Shown one piece after another: positions 19,776 through 30,791 of a stretch of DNA of 64,000 nt (positions are counted from its first letter, which is position 1; every line of letters begins with the position of its first letter). Below the pieces are notes generated by a model. That model saw only the letters and a program-made list of their open reading frames with translations, was not told the DNA's origin and made no database searches. The stretch spans positions 320,001-384,000 of the forward strand of contig CAVSTP010000004.1 in the NCBI GenBank assembly GCA_963730935.1, written 5' to 3'. This DNA is from an uncultured Nitrospiraceae bacterium. Lineage in GTDB: Bacteria > Nitrospirota > Nitrospiria > Nitrospirales > Nitrospiraceae. A program made the translations under genes and the position numbers.

Positions 19776-20864
19776 ATGTATCTCAACAGTAAAGGGAAAG
19801 TTCCCCGGCAAGCGCATGTCGGCATTCCCGAGGGCCTTTGCGAAGAGGAACACGGCCGAAACGGCTTTGCCGGGCCCGTGTCCCATCTCTACAGAACCCA
19901 TCCGCCGACTGGTTGGGTTCGGATCGACGGACCGCTGAGGCCTCGTGCCTTTATGTGTCAGTTGCCGGCTTCCGCCGAGCCCGTTCTCATGATGCACAGT
20001 CCTGACGCCAGCCTCTCTTTCTCGCACCGGATCGAAACCATGCGCTATTTCGTGCGCGACTCGGACGGGGATGCAGTCTATTTTGTCCATCGGGGAACAG
20101 GGCGGTTCGAGACGGATTATGGAACGCTGCCCTACGAGCCCGGCGATTACGTCACCATTCCCAAAGGAACGACCTACCGGATTCATGTTGATTCGGGTCC
20201 GGCGGTCTTTCTCATTATCGACACACCCGAGCCAATTGCGTTGGCGGAGCGAGGGCCGCTGGGTCAGCATGCGCTTTTCGACAGGGGAGTCCTCGTTGTG
20301 CCGGAATTGACCACGCTCGAGCGCTCCGAGCCGGAGGGAACAGAGTGGGAAGTCCGCATTAAACGTCAAGGAAGCTGGACACGGGTTATCTATCCGTTTT
20401 ATCCAATGGATGTCGTCGGATGGAAGGGTGATCTCTGGGTCGCAAAACTCAATGTGCGCGACTTCAGGCCGGTCACGAGCCCCCGTTACCATCTTCCACC
20501 GAGTGTTCACGGAACGTTTCAAGCGGGCGGCTGCCTCATCTCCACGTTCGCGCCGCGGCCGCTTGAGACCGATCCCGAGGCACTACGGGTCCCCTTTTAC
20601 CATCGGAACATGGACTATGATGAAGTGCTCTTCTACCACGATGGCGAGTTTTTCAGCCGCGCCGGTATGCAGCCGGGCATGCTGACCTTGCATCCACAAG
20701 GCATTCATCACGGGCCGCAACCGAATGCGGTGGAAGCCAGCAAGGCCAAGACTCACACGACCGAAGTCGCAGTAATGATCGAATCCAAGCGTCCATTTAC
20801 CGTGGACAATGCCATGGAGGCGATCGAAATCAAGGACTATGCCTTGAGTTGGAGTCATCGATGA
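19776..20864 (+). CDS. hmgA: Homogentisate 1,2-dioxygenase
   Basis: EEEHGRNGF, PMDVVGWKG, PFYHRNMDYDE and LHPQGIHHGP motifs. Confidence 0.9.
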   Translation: MYLNSKGKVPRQAHVGIPEGLCEEEHGRNGFAGPVSHLYRTHPPTGWVRIDGPLRPRAFMCQLPASAEPVLMMHSPDASLSFSHRIETMRYFVRDSDGDAVYFVHRGTGRFETDYGTLPYEPGDYVTIPKGTTYRIHVDSGPAVFLIIDTPEPIALAERGPLGQHALFDRGVLVVPELTTLERSEPEGTEWEVRIKRQGSWTRVIYPFYPMDVVGWKGDLWVAKLNVRDFRPVTSPRYHLPPSVHGTFQAGGCLISTFAPRPLETDPEALRVPFYHRNMDYDEVLFYHDGEFFSRAGMQPGMLTLHPQGIHHGPQPNAVEASKAKTHTTEVAVMIESKRPFTVDNAMEAIEIKDYALSWSHR

Positions 20865-21838
20865 AACTGGTGACGTTTCAGATCGGCACGCCACTCGGCC
20901 CCTTTAGCCGCGTGGGCGCGTTGCACGGTCAGCATGTGGTGGATTTGAACATGGCCTATGTCCGATGGTTGTCAGATCAAGGGGAGGCGCAGCCACACCG
21001 GTTGGCCGATGCCCAGGTGCCATCGATCATGTTGGCATTCCTGGAAGGAGGCCCATCGACAATGGCAGCGGCGCGACGTGCATTGGATTATGTCGTCGCG
21101 ATTGGTTCTTCAGCCCAAGGTCCAGACGCGGAAACGCTTTTTTATCCGCTGAACACAGTGAAGCTCGCCGCGCCACTTCCAAATCCTTCTTCTCTCCGTG
21201 ACTTTATCGCGTTTGAAGACCACATTGCCGCGACATCAAAGAAACGGGGTCAGCCAATTCCGCCGGAATGGTACAAGTTTCCCGTGTACTACAAGGGGAA
21301 CCATCGCTCGATTATCGGGCCGGATGAAGCGTTGCCGTGGCCGCTGGACACAGCCAAGCTGGACTACGAATTAGAGCTTGCCTGCGTTATCGGACGGAAA
21401 GGACGGGACATTTCTGAACGGAATGCCGGGGACTATATCGCCGGCTATACTATTATGAACGACTTCAGCGCTCGCGACATCCAGTTTCAAGAAATGGCCT
21501 GCCGCCTGGGCCCTGCAAAAGGAAAAGACTTCGCGACAGCTCTCGGACCTAGTCTCATGACCCCTGAAGAAATTGTCGATCTCGATGCATTGACCATGAT
21601 TGCCAGAGTAAACGGAGAGGAGTGGTCCAGGGGTCGCTTTGGGACCATCCACTGGTCCTTTCCCCAAATGATCGCACATGTCTCGCGGGGAGAGACAATT
21701 TACCCCGGCGATGTGTTCGGTTCGGGAACCGTGGGAGGGGGCTGCGGGTTGGAGTTGGACCGCTACTTGAAGCCGGGTGATGTTGTGGAGTTGGAAATTC
21801 AGCCCATCGGCGTGTTGAGGACCCAAGTCGTCGCATAG
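20861..21838 (+). CDS. Fumarylacetoacetate hydrolase family protein
   Basis: LRDFIAFEDH, LDYELELA, NDFSARDIQ, KGKDF and GSGT motifs; follows hmgA. Confidence 0.9.
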   Translation: MKLVTFQIGTPLGPFSRVGALHGQHVVDLNMAYVRWLSDQGEAQPHRLADAQVPSIMLAFLEGGPSTMAAARRALDYVVAIGSSAQGPDAETLFYPLNTVKLAAPLPNPSSLRDFIAFEDHIAATSKKRGQPIPPEWYKFPVYYKGNHRSIIGPDEALPWPLDTAKLDYELELACVIGRKGRDISERNAGDYIAGYTIMNDFSARDIQFQEMACRLGPAKGKDFATALGPSLMTPEEIVDLDALTMIARVNGEEWSRGRFGTIHWSFPQMIAHVSRGETIYPGDVFGSGTVGGGCGLELDRYLKPGDVVELEIQPIGVLRTQVVA

Positions 21839-21853
21839 GCACCGGGAGGCCGC

Positions 21854-22606
21854 ATGGCAACAATGACGGTGGAGCAGACCCTCGCCGAACTGGAGCAACG
21901 CCATCGAGCCCTCTACGCCACACCGGAGATTGATGCGAGACTCGCCAGCATCGTTCGGGCAGGACCCCACACCAACCTAACCGACGGAGACATCCTGCAC
22001 ATTTTGCGCTCGGCTCGCTCCGTCTTTTTCGATACCCATGTCGAAGTGGTGTCGGGTCATCACACGGCCACCTACCTTAGATTCGAATCCATCGCCCGTT
22101 ATCCCGATTTGCTCAGACTGATCGCCGATGATATGGCGGCCTGGATCAAACAAACATTCCAACACGGGGCCGTCGCCGGATTGCTGACAACGGCCTCGGC
22201 GGCCCGAACCCTGGCTCAGGGAGTGGCAGAGCGGCTTCAGGGGGCACCGCCTTTGCGCGTGACATTGACTCCCTACAACTGCGAGACAGGACGAATCGGA
22301 ACCGACATCAAGGCTGGAGCCGTTGCAGCCCAGGAAGCCTTTCTTGCGCTCAATGACGTCACCACACGCGGCAATTGTGTGAGCAAGCTCGGAAAGGTCA
22401 TCACCGACAACGGCGGGCGCCTCGTCGGCATGATGGTTTTTGCCAGGCGCGACAGCGGCCAGTTCCCCCTGGTGAAGGACTTGGTCGCCCAATACCCGTT
22501 TTATTACGCCGCGGACCTCGAGATGCCGCAGTGGGAACCGGCACAGTGTCCTCTGTGCCGGAGCAACAAGCCGCTCGTGTCTTGGAAAGACATGCCTGAA
22601 CTCTGA
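21854..22606 (+). CDS. Type I phosphoribosyltransferase-like (PyrE-like) protein
   Basis: VVSGHHTATY, degenerate PRPP loop LALNDVTTRG, terminal CPLC. Confidence 0.7.
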   Translation: MATMTVEQTLAELEQRHRALYATPEIDARLASIVRAGPHTNLTDGDILHILRSARSVFFDTHVEVVSGHHTATYLRFESIARYPDLLRLIADDMAAWIKQTFQHGAVAGLLTTASAARTLAQGVAERLQGAPPLRVTLTPYNCETGRIGTDIKAGAVAAQEAFLALNDVTTRGNCVSKLGKVITDNGGRLVGMMVFARRDSGQFPLVKDLVAQYPFYYAADLEMPQWEPAQCPLCRSNKPLVSWKDMPEL

Positions 22607-22633
22607 CGCCCATTACTCTGCGAGGAGGGACTC

Positions 22634-23662
22634 ATGGACCTGGCAGACGTGACCAGCCAAATCAAACGAGCCGACCTGCTCCACATGTATTACTACCTCC
22701 GGCTTACCAGAGCTCTGGAGGATCGCATCACCGCGCTCTATCGTCAGGGGCGGATCGTCGGCGGCTGTTACACCAGCCACGGCATGGAGGCCATCGCAGT
22801 CGGGTATGCCTCCGCACTCGAGCATGACGATGTCATCGCCCCCTTCCACCGCGACATGGGAGCCTTCCTGATTCGAGGCATCACGCCGGGCGAAGTGCTT
22901 GCGCAGTATTTGGGAAAGCGGACAGGCCCGACGAAGGGCAAAGATGGCAACGTGCACATGGGTGATCTCAAACGTGGGATCATCGGCTTTGTCAGTCACT
23001 TGGCCGATAATTTACCGGTGGCAACCGGCGCGGCCTTGGCCTTCAAGATGAGAGGAGAGTCGCGCATTGTCGTCGCCGGGACCGGCGACGGGGGAACCAG
23101 CCGCGGAGATTTCCACGAAGCCATGAATTTTGCGGCGGTGCGGAAGCTTCCCGTGGTGTTCTTCTGCACCAACAATCAGTACGCCTATTCGACGCCGCTC
23201 CGCTTACAGATGGCGATTACCGACGTTGTTGAGCGGGCTAAGGCGTACGGAATGCCGGGGGAGATTGTGGATGGGAACGATGTCGCGGCCGTCTATCTGG
23301 CGGCCAAGCGCGGAATCGCTAAAGCCCGTGCCGGTGAGGGACCAACTTTCTTCGAGTTCAAGACCATGCGCATGCATGGCCACTCCGAGCACGACCCGGC
23401 CAAATACGTCCCCCCAGAGCTCCTTGAAGAATGGAAAAAACGAGATCCGATTCTAGCAGCAGAGCGCCTGCTCCTTGAGGCGGGTTATGGGGATGAAACC
23501 TACTTCCATGAGATCGGCGAGCGGGTGAAAAAAGAACTGGAAGCCGCCCTGGAATTTGCCGAGAAGAGTCCGTTGCCGGAAGGACCGGAAGCCTTGGAAG
23601 GAGTTTTTGCCACAGACGCCGATATCTCTCACCAAGCCACCCATTCAAGGAGCGCCGCATGA
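22634..23662 (+). CDS. 2-oxoacid (probably branched-chain) dehydrogenase E1 alpha
   Basis: GDG...NNQY TPP motif; RMHGHSEHD. Confidence 0.93.
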   Translation: MDLADVTSQIKRADLLHMYYYLRLTRALEDRITALYRQGRIVGGCYTSHGMEAIAVGYASALEHDDVIAPFHRDMGAFLIRGITPGEVLAQYLGKRTGPTKGKDGNVHMGDLKRGIIGFVSHLADNLPVATGAALAFKMRGESRIVVAGTGDGGTSRGDFHEAMNFAAVRKLPVVFFCTNNQYAYSTPLRLQMAITDVVERAKAYGMPGEIVDGNDVAAVYLAAKRGIAKARAGEGPTFFEFKTMRMHGHSEHDPAKYVPPELLEEWKKRDPILAAERLLLEAGYGDETYFHEIGERVKKELEAALEFAEKSPLPEGPEALEGVFATDADISHQATHSRSAA

Positions 23663-24657
23663 CTACTGCAACATCGCACGCGACTGGAGAGGTCACATAC
23701 CTGGAGGCCATTTCCCAAGCGCTGGATGAGGAGATGACGCGAGACGAGCGAGTGTTTCTGATGGGGGAGGATATCGGGCAGTATGGGGGGGCATTCAGGA
23801 TTACCGAAGGCTTCTTAGACAAGTATGGCGAATGGAGAATTCTCGATACCCCGCTGGCCGAATCCGGATTTGTCGGCGCAGCGATCGGCGCAGCGATGAT
23901 GGGGTTGCGTCCGGTCGTCGAGATGCAGTTTGCGGATTTCATTTCTTGCGCCTTCGATCAAATCACCGAGGTGGCGGCCAAGAATCACTACCGCTGGGGT
24001 GCTGCGGTGCCGATGGTCATCCGTGCACCCTTTGGTGGAGGTATCCACGGTGGGCCGTTCCATTCGGAATGCCCGGAAGGTTGGTTCTTTCACTCGCCCG
24101 GGCTCAAGCTTGTCGCGCCGTCAACGCCCTACGATGCGAAAGGCTTGCTCAAAGCGGCAATCCGCGACCCGAATCCGGTCATTTACTTCGAACACAAATT
24201 TCTTTACCGGCGCATCAAGGCGACTCTGCCAACGGACGATTACATCGTCCCAATCGGCAAAGCCGACGTAAAGCGGCCGGGCAACGACATCTCGGTCATC
24301 ACGTACGGCGCCATGGTGCATCTGGCCCTAGAAGCGGCGCAGATGCTGGCTAAGGAAGGCATTGACCTGGAAGTCGTGGATCTCCGCACGCTGGCGCCTC
24401 TCGACAAGGAGGCGATCTTCTCATCGGTGCAGAAGACGAGCAAGGCCATTGTCTTGCACGAGGACAATAAGACCGGTGGCATCGGCGCCGAGATCGCTGC
24501 ACTCCTGGCGGAAGAATGCTTCGACAGTTTGGACGGCCCGATTGTGCGCATTGCCGCGCCCGATACGCCGGTGCCCTTCAGTACACCACTGGAGGAGTTT
24601 TTTCTGCCGAAGACGGCTGACATTGTGACTGCAGCGCGCACACTGGCCGCATATTGA
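23659..24657 (+). CDS. 2-oxoacid dehydrogenase E1 beta
   Basis: MGEDIG, DTPLAE, EMQFADF and EVVDLRTL motifs. Confidence 0.93.
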   Translation: MTTATSHATGEVTYLEAISQALDEEMTRDERVFLMGEDIGQYGGAFRITEGFLDKYGEWRILDTPLAESGFVGAAIGAAMMGLRPVVEMQFADFISCAFDQITEVAAKNHYRWGAAVPMVIRAPFGGGIHGGPFHSECPEGWFFHSPGLKLVAPSTPYDAKGLLKAAIRDPNPVIYFEHKFLYRRIKATLPTDDYIVPIGKADVKRPGNDISVITYGAMVHLALEAAQMLAKEGIDLEVVDLRTLAPLDKEAIFSSVQKTSKAIVLHEDNKTGGIGAEIAALLAEECFDSLDGPIVRIAAPDTPVPFSTPLEEFFLPKTADIVTAARTLAAY

Positions 24658-24664
24658 ACGCACA

Positions 24665-25819
24665 TTGGGTGTGATTGTGGCCACCGATATCATCATGCCT
24701 CAACTCGGCGAAAGCATCGCGGAGGGCACCGTGGTGAAGTGGCTCATTCCCCTTGGCGGCGCGATTGAAAAGGACCAATCCTTGTTGGAGGTCGAAACCG
24801 AAAAAGTTGATCTCGAAGTCCCCTCGCCGGCGACCGGCGTGCTGAACGAGATCCTCGTCAAAGAGGGTGAAACAGTGGCCGTCGGAACGCTGTTGGCACG
24901 AATCGACAGTGCGCCTCCGGCGGAGGTGATCAGCCGCGTGGGCGGCGTCGTGGTTCGTCCCGTCGACTCGGACGCCGCAGGTGAGGAGCATCATTCTCCT
25001 GCCGTCCGGCAGTTGGCGAAAGAACATGGTGTGGACCTTGCGCATCTGAAAGGGACAGGGGCCGGCGGGCGGGTCAGCAAGAAAGATGTGCTTGAATTCG
25101 TTGCGCGGAATTCAGCACCTGGTAAGGCGACAGCGGCGAACGGGGAGCCCTCCATGGGGGAGGAGATTCTCCCCCTCAGCCAGATGCGCAAAACCATCGC
25201 GGACCGGATGGTCAAAAGCCGACAGACCTCCGCACACGTCAGCACGTTTTTTGAAGCCGACTTTTCCAGCATCGCGTCCTTCCGGGCAGGCCGAGATCTG
25301 ACGTATTTGCCGTTTGTCGTCCGTGCCGTCACGCGCGCCCTCCGCGATGTGCCCATTGTCAATTCGACATGGGGAGACCAAGGCATCGTCATCAAGAAGG
25401 ACCTTCATATCGGGATCGCCACTGCGCTGGAAGAGGGATTGCTTGTTCCGGTGGTGCGGCATGCCGATCGCAAGGGCCTTACGCAGTTGGGGAAAGAAAT
25501 CGCGGATCTGGCCGAGCGCGCGAGATCCAAGAAGCTTAGCCCCGATGAGGTGCAGGGCGGGACATTCACGATTACGAACCATGGCGGCTTCGGCAGCTTG
25601 TTCAGCACCCCGATTATTCACCAGCCGCAAATTGCCATCCTCGGAGTGGGCGCTGTCCAGAAGCGTGCTGTCGTGGTCAACGAGGCGATTGCGATCAGAC
25701 CGATGGGGTACCTGAGCCTCTCGTTCGACCACCGGGTCATCGATGGGGCAACGGCGGATCATTTTATGGCAAAGGTGAAACACTATCTTGAAGCCGGTCA
25801 CTGGGAGCAGATCTTGTGA
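24665..25819 (+). CDS. Dihydrolipoamide acyltransferase E2
   Basis: MPQLGES..EVETEKV lipoyl domain, GTGAGGRV and DHRVIDG. Confidence 0.93.
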   Translation: MGVIVATDIIMPQLGESIAEGTVVKWLIPLGGAIEKDQSLLEVETEKVDLEVPSPATGVLNEILVKEGETVAVGTLLARIDSAPPAEVISRVGGVVVRPVDSDAAGEEHHSPAVRQLAKEHGVDLAHLKGTGAGGRVSKKDVLEFVARNSAPGKATAANGEPSMGEEILPLSQMRKTIADRMVKSRQTSAHVSTFFEADFSSIASFRAGRDLTYLPFVVRAVTRALRDVPIVNSTWGDQGIVIKKDLHIGIATALEEGLLVPVVRHADRKGLTQLGKEIADLAERARSKKLSPDEVQGGTFTITNHGGFGSLFSTPIIHQPQIAILGVGAVQKRAVVVNEAIAIRPMGYLSLSFDHRVIDGATADHFMAKVKHYLEAGHWEQIL

Positions 25820-27000
25820 AACCATCATTAAATGCCGTCATTGTCAGTGCCGTACGAACTCCGATGGGCAGTTTCAACGGCGTCTTTAGTTCCGTACCGG
25901 CGACGAAATTGGGTAGCGTCGCCATTGCCGGAGCGCTGCAGCGGGTTCGCGTGTCCCCGGGGAGTGTGGATGGCGTCTATATGGGGTGCGTGCTGAGCGC
26001 CGGCCTCGGTCAGGCTCCGGCCAGACAGGCATCGATTGGAGCGGGAATCCCGCAGTCGGTCGGTGCCGTGACGGTCAACAAGGTCTGCGGCTCGAGTATC
26101 CAGACCGTCATCATGGCCTCGCACGCCGTTGCACTTGGTGAGGCCAAGATCGTCGTGGCAGGCGGGATGGAGAACATGACTCGCGCTCCCTATCTTCTCG
26201 AGAACGCGCGTCAGGGTTATAAGCTTGGCCATAAAGAGTTGGTGGATAGCCTCATCAAAGACGGATTATGGGATGTTTACAACAATTTCCATATGGGCGA
26301 CGGCGGGGAGTTGTGCGCAAGTAAATACCGGCTGACACGACAGCAGGTCGACGACTTTGCCCTGGAAAGCTATCGGCGCGCGCGTGAAGCCATGGCGTCG
26401 GGCGTGTTCAAACGAGAGATCGTGCCGGTCGATGTGCCGCAACGCAAAGGTCCGGCTGTAACGGTTTCCGACGACGAGGAGCCCAATCGAGCCGATCTCC
26501 GCAAGATGCGCGACTTGAAGCCGGCGTTCCAGGAGAACGGCATTTTGACTGTCGGCAATTCGCCTTCCTGTAACGATGGAGCCGCAGCGTTGATTGTCAT
26601 GGCTGAAGGGGAGGCTGCGCGTCTTGGACTTACCCCGATGGCGCGCATCGTCGGATATGCCGGAGCCGCGCTGGCGCCCGAGTGGTTCACGATCGCGCCG
26701 ATCGAGGCGATCCAACGTGTGCTCAAGAACACAGGGTTGACGATCGGAGACATCGATCTGTTCGAAATCAACGAAGCATTTTCGGCCGTGTCTCTCGCCA
26801 TCCACCGCGAACTAGGCCTCGACGACAAGAAGGTGAATGTGAACGGCGGGGCGGTCGCCCTCGGGCATCCCATCGGTGCGACCGGCGCCAGAATCCTGAC
26901 GACACTGCTTCATGGTATGGAAGCGCGCGGCGCAAGGCGGGGATTGGCCAGCCTCTGTATCGGCGGCGGAGAAGCGTTGGCAATGATCGTGGAGCGGTAA
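25816..27000 (+). CDS. Acetyl-CoA C-acetyltransferase (thiolase)
   Basis: NKVCGS, NEAF, GHPIGATG and CIGGG motifs. Confidence 0.95.
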   Translation: MKPSLNAVIVSAVRTPMGSFNGVFSSVPATKLGSVAIAGALQRVRVSPGSVDGVYMGCVLSAGLGQAPARQASIGAGIPQSVGAVTVNKVCGSSIQTVIMASHAVALGEAKIVVAGGMENMTRAPYLLENARQGYKLGHKELVDSLIKDGLWDVYNNFHMGDGGELCASKYRLTRQQVDDFALESYRRAREAMASGVFKREIVPVDVPQRKGPAVTVSDDEEPNRADLRKMRDLKPAFQENGILTVGNSPSCNDGAAALIVMAEGEAARLGLTPMARIVGYAGAALAPEWFTIAPIEAIQRVLKNTGLTIGDIDLFEINEAFSAVSLAIHRELGLDDKKVNVNGGAVALGHPIGATGARILTTLLHGMEARGARRGLASLCIGGGEALAMIVER

Positions 27001-27004
27001 CCGG

Positions 27005-27916
27005 ATGGCGAACGGCTCGATCATGCAATCCGACGATATCAAGATCATCGGCGTCGTGGGCGCGGGCCAGATGGGCCGCGGAATCGCGCAGGTCTGCGCG
27101 ACGGCTGGATATCACGTGCTGCTCGTGGACGTTGCCGAGCCGCTGTTAGCCGGGGCCGTCTCTAAGATACGCGCCAGCCTTGATCGCGCCATTGAACGTG
27201 GCGTGCAGTGCCAGATCGAAGAGGTGCTTGCACGGATCCAACCGGTGATGCAGATCGATCGCTTACGCGACGCCCAGTTGGTCATCGAGGCGATTCCCGA
27301 GGTTCTGGCTCGCAAGCAGGCCCTCTTCGGTGAATTGAACCGGCACTGTCAGCCGCATGCGATTCTGGCCAGCAACACCTCGTCGATTTCAATTACCAAA
27401 TTGGGTGCCGCATCCGGCCGACCCGATCGAGTCCTCGGCGTGCATTTCATGAATCCGGTTCCCGTGATGCGGCTCGTGGAGATTGTCCAGGGTCCCGAAA
27501 CTTCGCAACATACTTTGCAGATGGCCATGGAGCTCTCGCGCAGACTGGGGAAGGTGCCGGTCGTGGCCAAAGATGTTCCCGGTTTTATCGTGAACCGCGT
27601 GCTGATGCCCATGATCAACGAAGCCGTGTTCGCATTAGAAGAGGGAGTCGCCTCTGCGGAGGATATCGATCTGGCGATGACTACCGGAGCGAATCATCCC
27701 GTCGGACCGCTGGCGCTGGCGGACCGCATCGGCTTGGACACGGTGCTCGCGATCTGCGAGGTGCTCTATCAGGATCTGGCTGATCCCAAATTCCGTCCGT
27801 GCCCAATCCTGCGCCGCTACGTCGAGGCTGGCTGGCTGGGTCGAAAAGCGGGACGCGGATTCTATTTCTACGAAGCAAGGGGAGCGCGCCAGGAGGCCAC
27901 CAGCAATAAGATGTGA
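27005..27916 (+). CDS. 3-hydroxybutyryl/3-hydroxyacyl-CoA dehydrogenase
   Basis: GAGQMG, ASNTSS, HFMNP and GFIVNR motifs. Confidence 0.93.
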   Translation: MANGSIMQSDDIKIIGVVGAGQMGRGIAQVCATAGYHVLLVDVAEPLLAGAVSKIRASLDRAIERGVQCQIEEVLARIQPVMQIDRLRDAQLVIEAIPEVLARKQALFGELNRHCQPHAILASNTSSISITKLGAASGRPDRVLGVHFMNPVPVMRLVEIVQGPETSQHTLQMAMELSRRLGKVPVVAKDVPGFIVNRVLMPMINEAVFALEEGVASAEDIDLAMTTGANHPVGPLALADRIGLDTVLAICEVLYQDLADPKFRPCPILRRYVEAGWLGRKAGRGFYFYEARGARQEATSNKM

Positions 27917-27926
27917 GGATGGATCG

Positions 27927-29522
27927 ATGCAAGAACGCCGCGATCGCTTTCACACACTGTCCGGACTCGAGATCAACAGCCTGTACACCCGCGACGATCT
28001 GAAGAATTGGTCGGCCGGGGAGGATCTGGGCACTCCAGGCTCATACCCCTACACCCGCGGCGTCTATCCCACGATGTACCGCGGCCGGCTCTGGACGATG
28101 CGGCAATTCGCCGGCTTCGGCTCAGCCGATGACACCAACGTTCGCTTTAAATATTTACTCGAGCACGGGCAAACCGGTCTCAGCGTCGCATTCGACATGC
28201 CCACACTAATGGGGATCGATGCGGATGATCCGCGCGCTCACGGTGAAATCGGACACTGCGGTGTGGCGGTGTCCTCCCTGGATGATATGGAACGTCTGTT
28301 CGCCGGAATTCCGCTCGATCGGGTCACGACGTCCATGACGATCAATGGACCGGCGGCCGTCATTTTTGCCATGTACCTCGCAGTCGCGCAACGGCGTGGC
28401 GTCCCTCACGAACAGCTGGGCGGCACGTTACAGAATGACATCCTGAAGGAATATATCGCCCAGAAGGAATGGCTGTTCCCGCCCGAACCTTCGCTCCGTC
28501 TCATCACCGACACGGTGGCGTACTGCACAACGCACATACCCAAATGGCACCCGATCAGTATCAGCGGCTACCACATTCGGGAGGCCGGTTCGACGGCGGC
28601 CCAGGAGTTGGCCTTTACCCTGTACGATGGACTGACGTACGTGGAGGAGGGCATTAAGGCCGGTCTTCCTGTGGATCGCTTCGCCCCGCAGTTGTCTTTC
28701 TTCTTTAACGTGCACAATGACTTCTTCGAAGAAGTCGCCAAGTTCAGAGCGGCCCGGAGGCTTTGGGCCCGTGAGATGACGCGTCGATATCGCCCCAACG
28801 ATCCGCGGTCGGCTCAGCTCCGCTGTCATGCGCAGACAGCGGGGTGCTCGCTTACGGCTCAGCAGCCGATGAACAATGTGGTGCGGACGACGCTTCAGGC
28901 CCTGGCAGCCGTATTGGGCGGAACCCAATCGCTCCACACGAATTCAATGGACGAAACGCTCGCCCTGCCGACTGAACAGGCCGTGAAGCTCGCGTTGCGT
29001 ACGCAGCAAATCATCGCTCACGAAAGCGAGGTCGCGAACAGCGTGGATCCGTTAGGCGGTTCGTACTTGGTCGAAACGCTCACGAATCGACTCGAAGAGG
29101 CGGCGCTCGAGTATTTCAGGAAGCTGGACGACATGGGCGGCATGGTCAACGCGATCGAGCGGGGCTATCCACAGCGGGAAATCCTCGATGCCTCACAGCG
29201 CTACCAGCGGGAAGTGGAGCAGGGACAACGGATCATCGTGGGCGTCAACCAGCACGTTGAGGAAGAGGTGCATCCGATACCGACGTTGAAAATCGGGGCG
29301 GAGGTCGAGCAGGAACAGGTGGCGCGGCTGTCGGATCTCCGAAAGACCCGCGACCCGTTCAGAATGGCCGGCGCCGTGGAAGAGCTGCAGGAAGCGGCGT
29401 CTTGCGGTGAGAACGTGATGCCCTATTTGATCGAGGCAGTGAAGGCCAAGGCGACACTCGGGGAAATTTGTACGGCATTGCAGGAAGTCTATGGGGTCTA
29501 TCGGGAACCGGTAGTGCTCTGA
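27927..29522 (+). CDS. icmA: B12-dependent acyl-CoA mutase large subunit, isobutyryl-CoA mutase type
   Basis: [10 protein letters not shown] (Phe) and KEYIAQKEW (Gln) at the positions that are Tyr and Arg in methylmalonyl-CoA mutase. Confidence 0.8.
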   Translation: MQERRDRFHTLSGLEINSLYTRDDLKNWSAGEDLGTPGSYPYTRGVYPTMYRGRLWTMRQFAGFGSADDTNVRFKYLLEHGQTGLSVAFDMPTLMGIDADDPRAHGEIGHCGVAVSSLDDMERLFAGIPLDRVTTSMTINGPAAVIFAMYLAVAQRRGVPHEQLGGTLQNDILKEYIAQKEWLFPPEPSLRLITDTVAYCTTHIPKWHPISISGYHIREAGSTAAQELAFTLYDGLTYVEEGIKAGLPVDRFAPQLSFFFNVHNDFFEEVAKFRAARRLWAREMTRRYRPNDPRSAQLRCHAQTAGCSLTAQQPMNNVVRTTLQALAAVLGGTQSLHTNSMDETLALPTEQAVKLALRTQQIIAHESEVANSVDPLGGSYLVETLTNRLEEAALEYFRKLDDMGGMVNAIERGYPQREILDASQRYQREVEQGQRIIVGVNQHVEEEVHPIPTLKIGAEVEQEQVARLSDLRKTRDPFRMAGAVEELQEAASCGENVMPYLIEAVKAKATLGEICTALQEVYGVYREPVVL

Positions 29523-29537
29523 AGCGGAGGCCATACG

Positions 29538-30386
29538 ATGAAGCTCGGGGCATTCGACATTTATCCCGTCAGCGACGGCCGGTTTGCGCTGGACGGTGGG
29601 GCCATGTTCGGAGTTGTTCCGAAGGTTATCTGGGGGCGATGCTGCCCGGCGGATGAGTTGAACCGCATTCCGCTGAGTCTCACCGCTCTTCTCATCAGGG
29701 CCCATGGCAAACACATCCTGGTCGATACAGGGCTGGGGGCCAAAGAAAACGAAAAATTTCACACCATGTTTGCCGTGGAACGCGTGCCGACGCTGCAGGA
29801 GTCACTGAAGCGTCTCGGCCTGTACCCGGAAGACATTGACTTCGTGATCAATACGCACCTCCATTTCGATCACGCGGGAGGTAATACGACGACGGCGGAC
29901 GACGGGACCGTGCGTCCGGCCTTTCCAAAAGCGCGCTATGTGGTTCAGCACGGCGAATTTGAAGACGCTGCCCGCACCAACGAACGCACGCGGGCCAGTT
30001 ACCGGCGGGACAACTTTACTCCGGTCGCACACCTCAATCAGTGGGAATTCCTTCACGGCGATACTGAACTGGTTCCGGGAGTGAAGGCCATCGTCACCGC
30101 CGGTCACACGCGCTGGCATCAAAGCGTCAGAATTGAATCGGAAGGAAAGATCGCGTTCTTTCTCGGCGATTTGATCCCGACCGTCTCCCATCTCCCGCTT
30201 CCGTACATCATGGGCTACGACCTTTTCCCCATTCAGACGTTGGAGACGAAACGCTGGGTGCTGGATCGCGCATTCGAGGAGCAGTGGCTGCTGCTCTTTG
30301 AGCATGATCCGGTCGTCCAGGCCGGATACGTGCGGAAGGATGAGGAAGGCAAATATCTTCTTCAGGAGGAGACAGCATGGCAGTAA
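29538..30386 (+). CDS. Metallo-beta-lactamase fold hydrolase (YtnP-like)
   Basis: [26 protein letters not shown] and HD motifs. Confidence 0.9.
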   Translation: MKLGAFDIYPVSDGRFALDGGAMFGVVPKVIWGRCCPADELNRIPLSLTALLIRAHGKHILVDTGLGAKENEKFHTMFAVERVPTLQESLKRLGLYPEDIDFVINTHLHFDHAGGNTTTADDGTVRPAFPKARYVVQHGEFEDAARTNERTRASYRRDNFTPVAHLNQWEFLHGDTELVPGVKAIVTAGHTRWHQSVRIESEGKIAFFLGDLIPTVSHLPLPYIMGYDLFPIQTLETKRWVLDRAFEEQWLLLFEHDPVVQAGYVRKDEEGKYLLQEETAWQ

Positions 30387-30784
30387 CAGCGGCGCCGATG
30401 CGCATCCTCATCGGCAAAGTGGGGCTCGATGGTCATGACCGGGGAGTGAAACTGATCGCGCGTGCGTTGCGGGACGCCGGCATGGAAGTGATTTACACCG
30501 GACTGCATCAAACGCCGGAACAGGTGGTGAGCACCGCCATTCAGGAGGACGTCGACGCGATCGGTCTGAGCATCCTCTCCGGGGCGCACAATACGCTGTT
30601 CCGTCGCGTGTTGGAGTCGCTCAAGGAGCAGGGTGCCGAGGATATCGTTGTGTTTGGCGGAGGCATCATTCCCGACCAAGACATTCCCGCGCTCAATGCG
30701 GCCGGGGTGAAGGCGCTGTTCAAACCGGGAGCACCCATGCAGGAGATCGTCGCATTCGTGAAGGGAATCGAACCTCGGCATTGA
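30377..30784 (+). CDS. icmB: Cobalamin-binding small subunit of acyl-CoA mutase
   Basis: GLDGHDRG (DxHxxG), GLS and GGII motifs. Confidence 0.85.
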   Translation: MAVTAAPMRILIGKVGLDGHDRGVKLIARALRDAGMEVIYTGLHQTPEQVVSTAIQEDVDAIGLSILSGAHNTLFRRVLESLKEQGAEDIVVFGGGIIPDQDIPALNAAGVKALFKPGAPMQEIVAFVKGIEPRH

Positions 30785-30791
30785 GGGGAAC

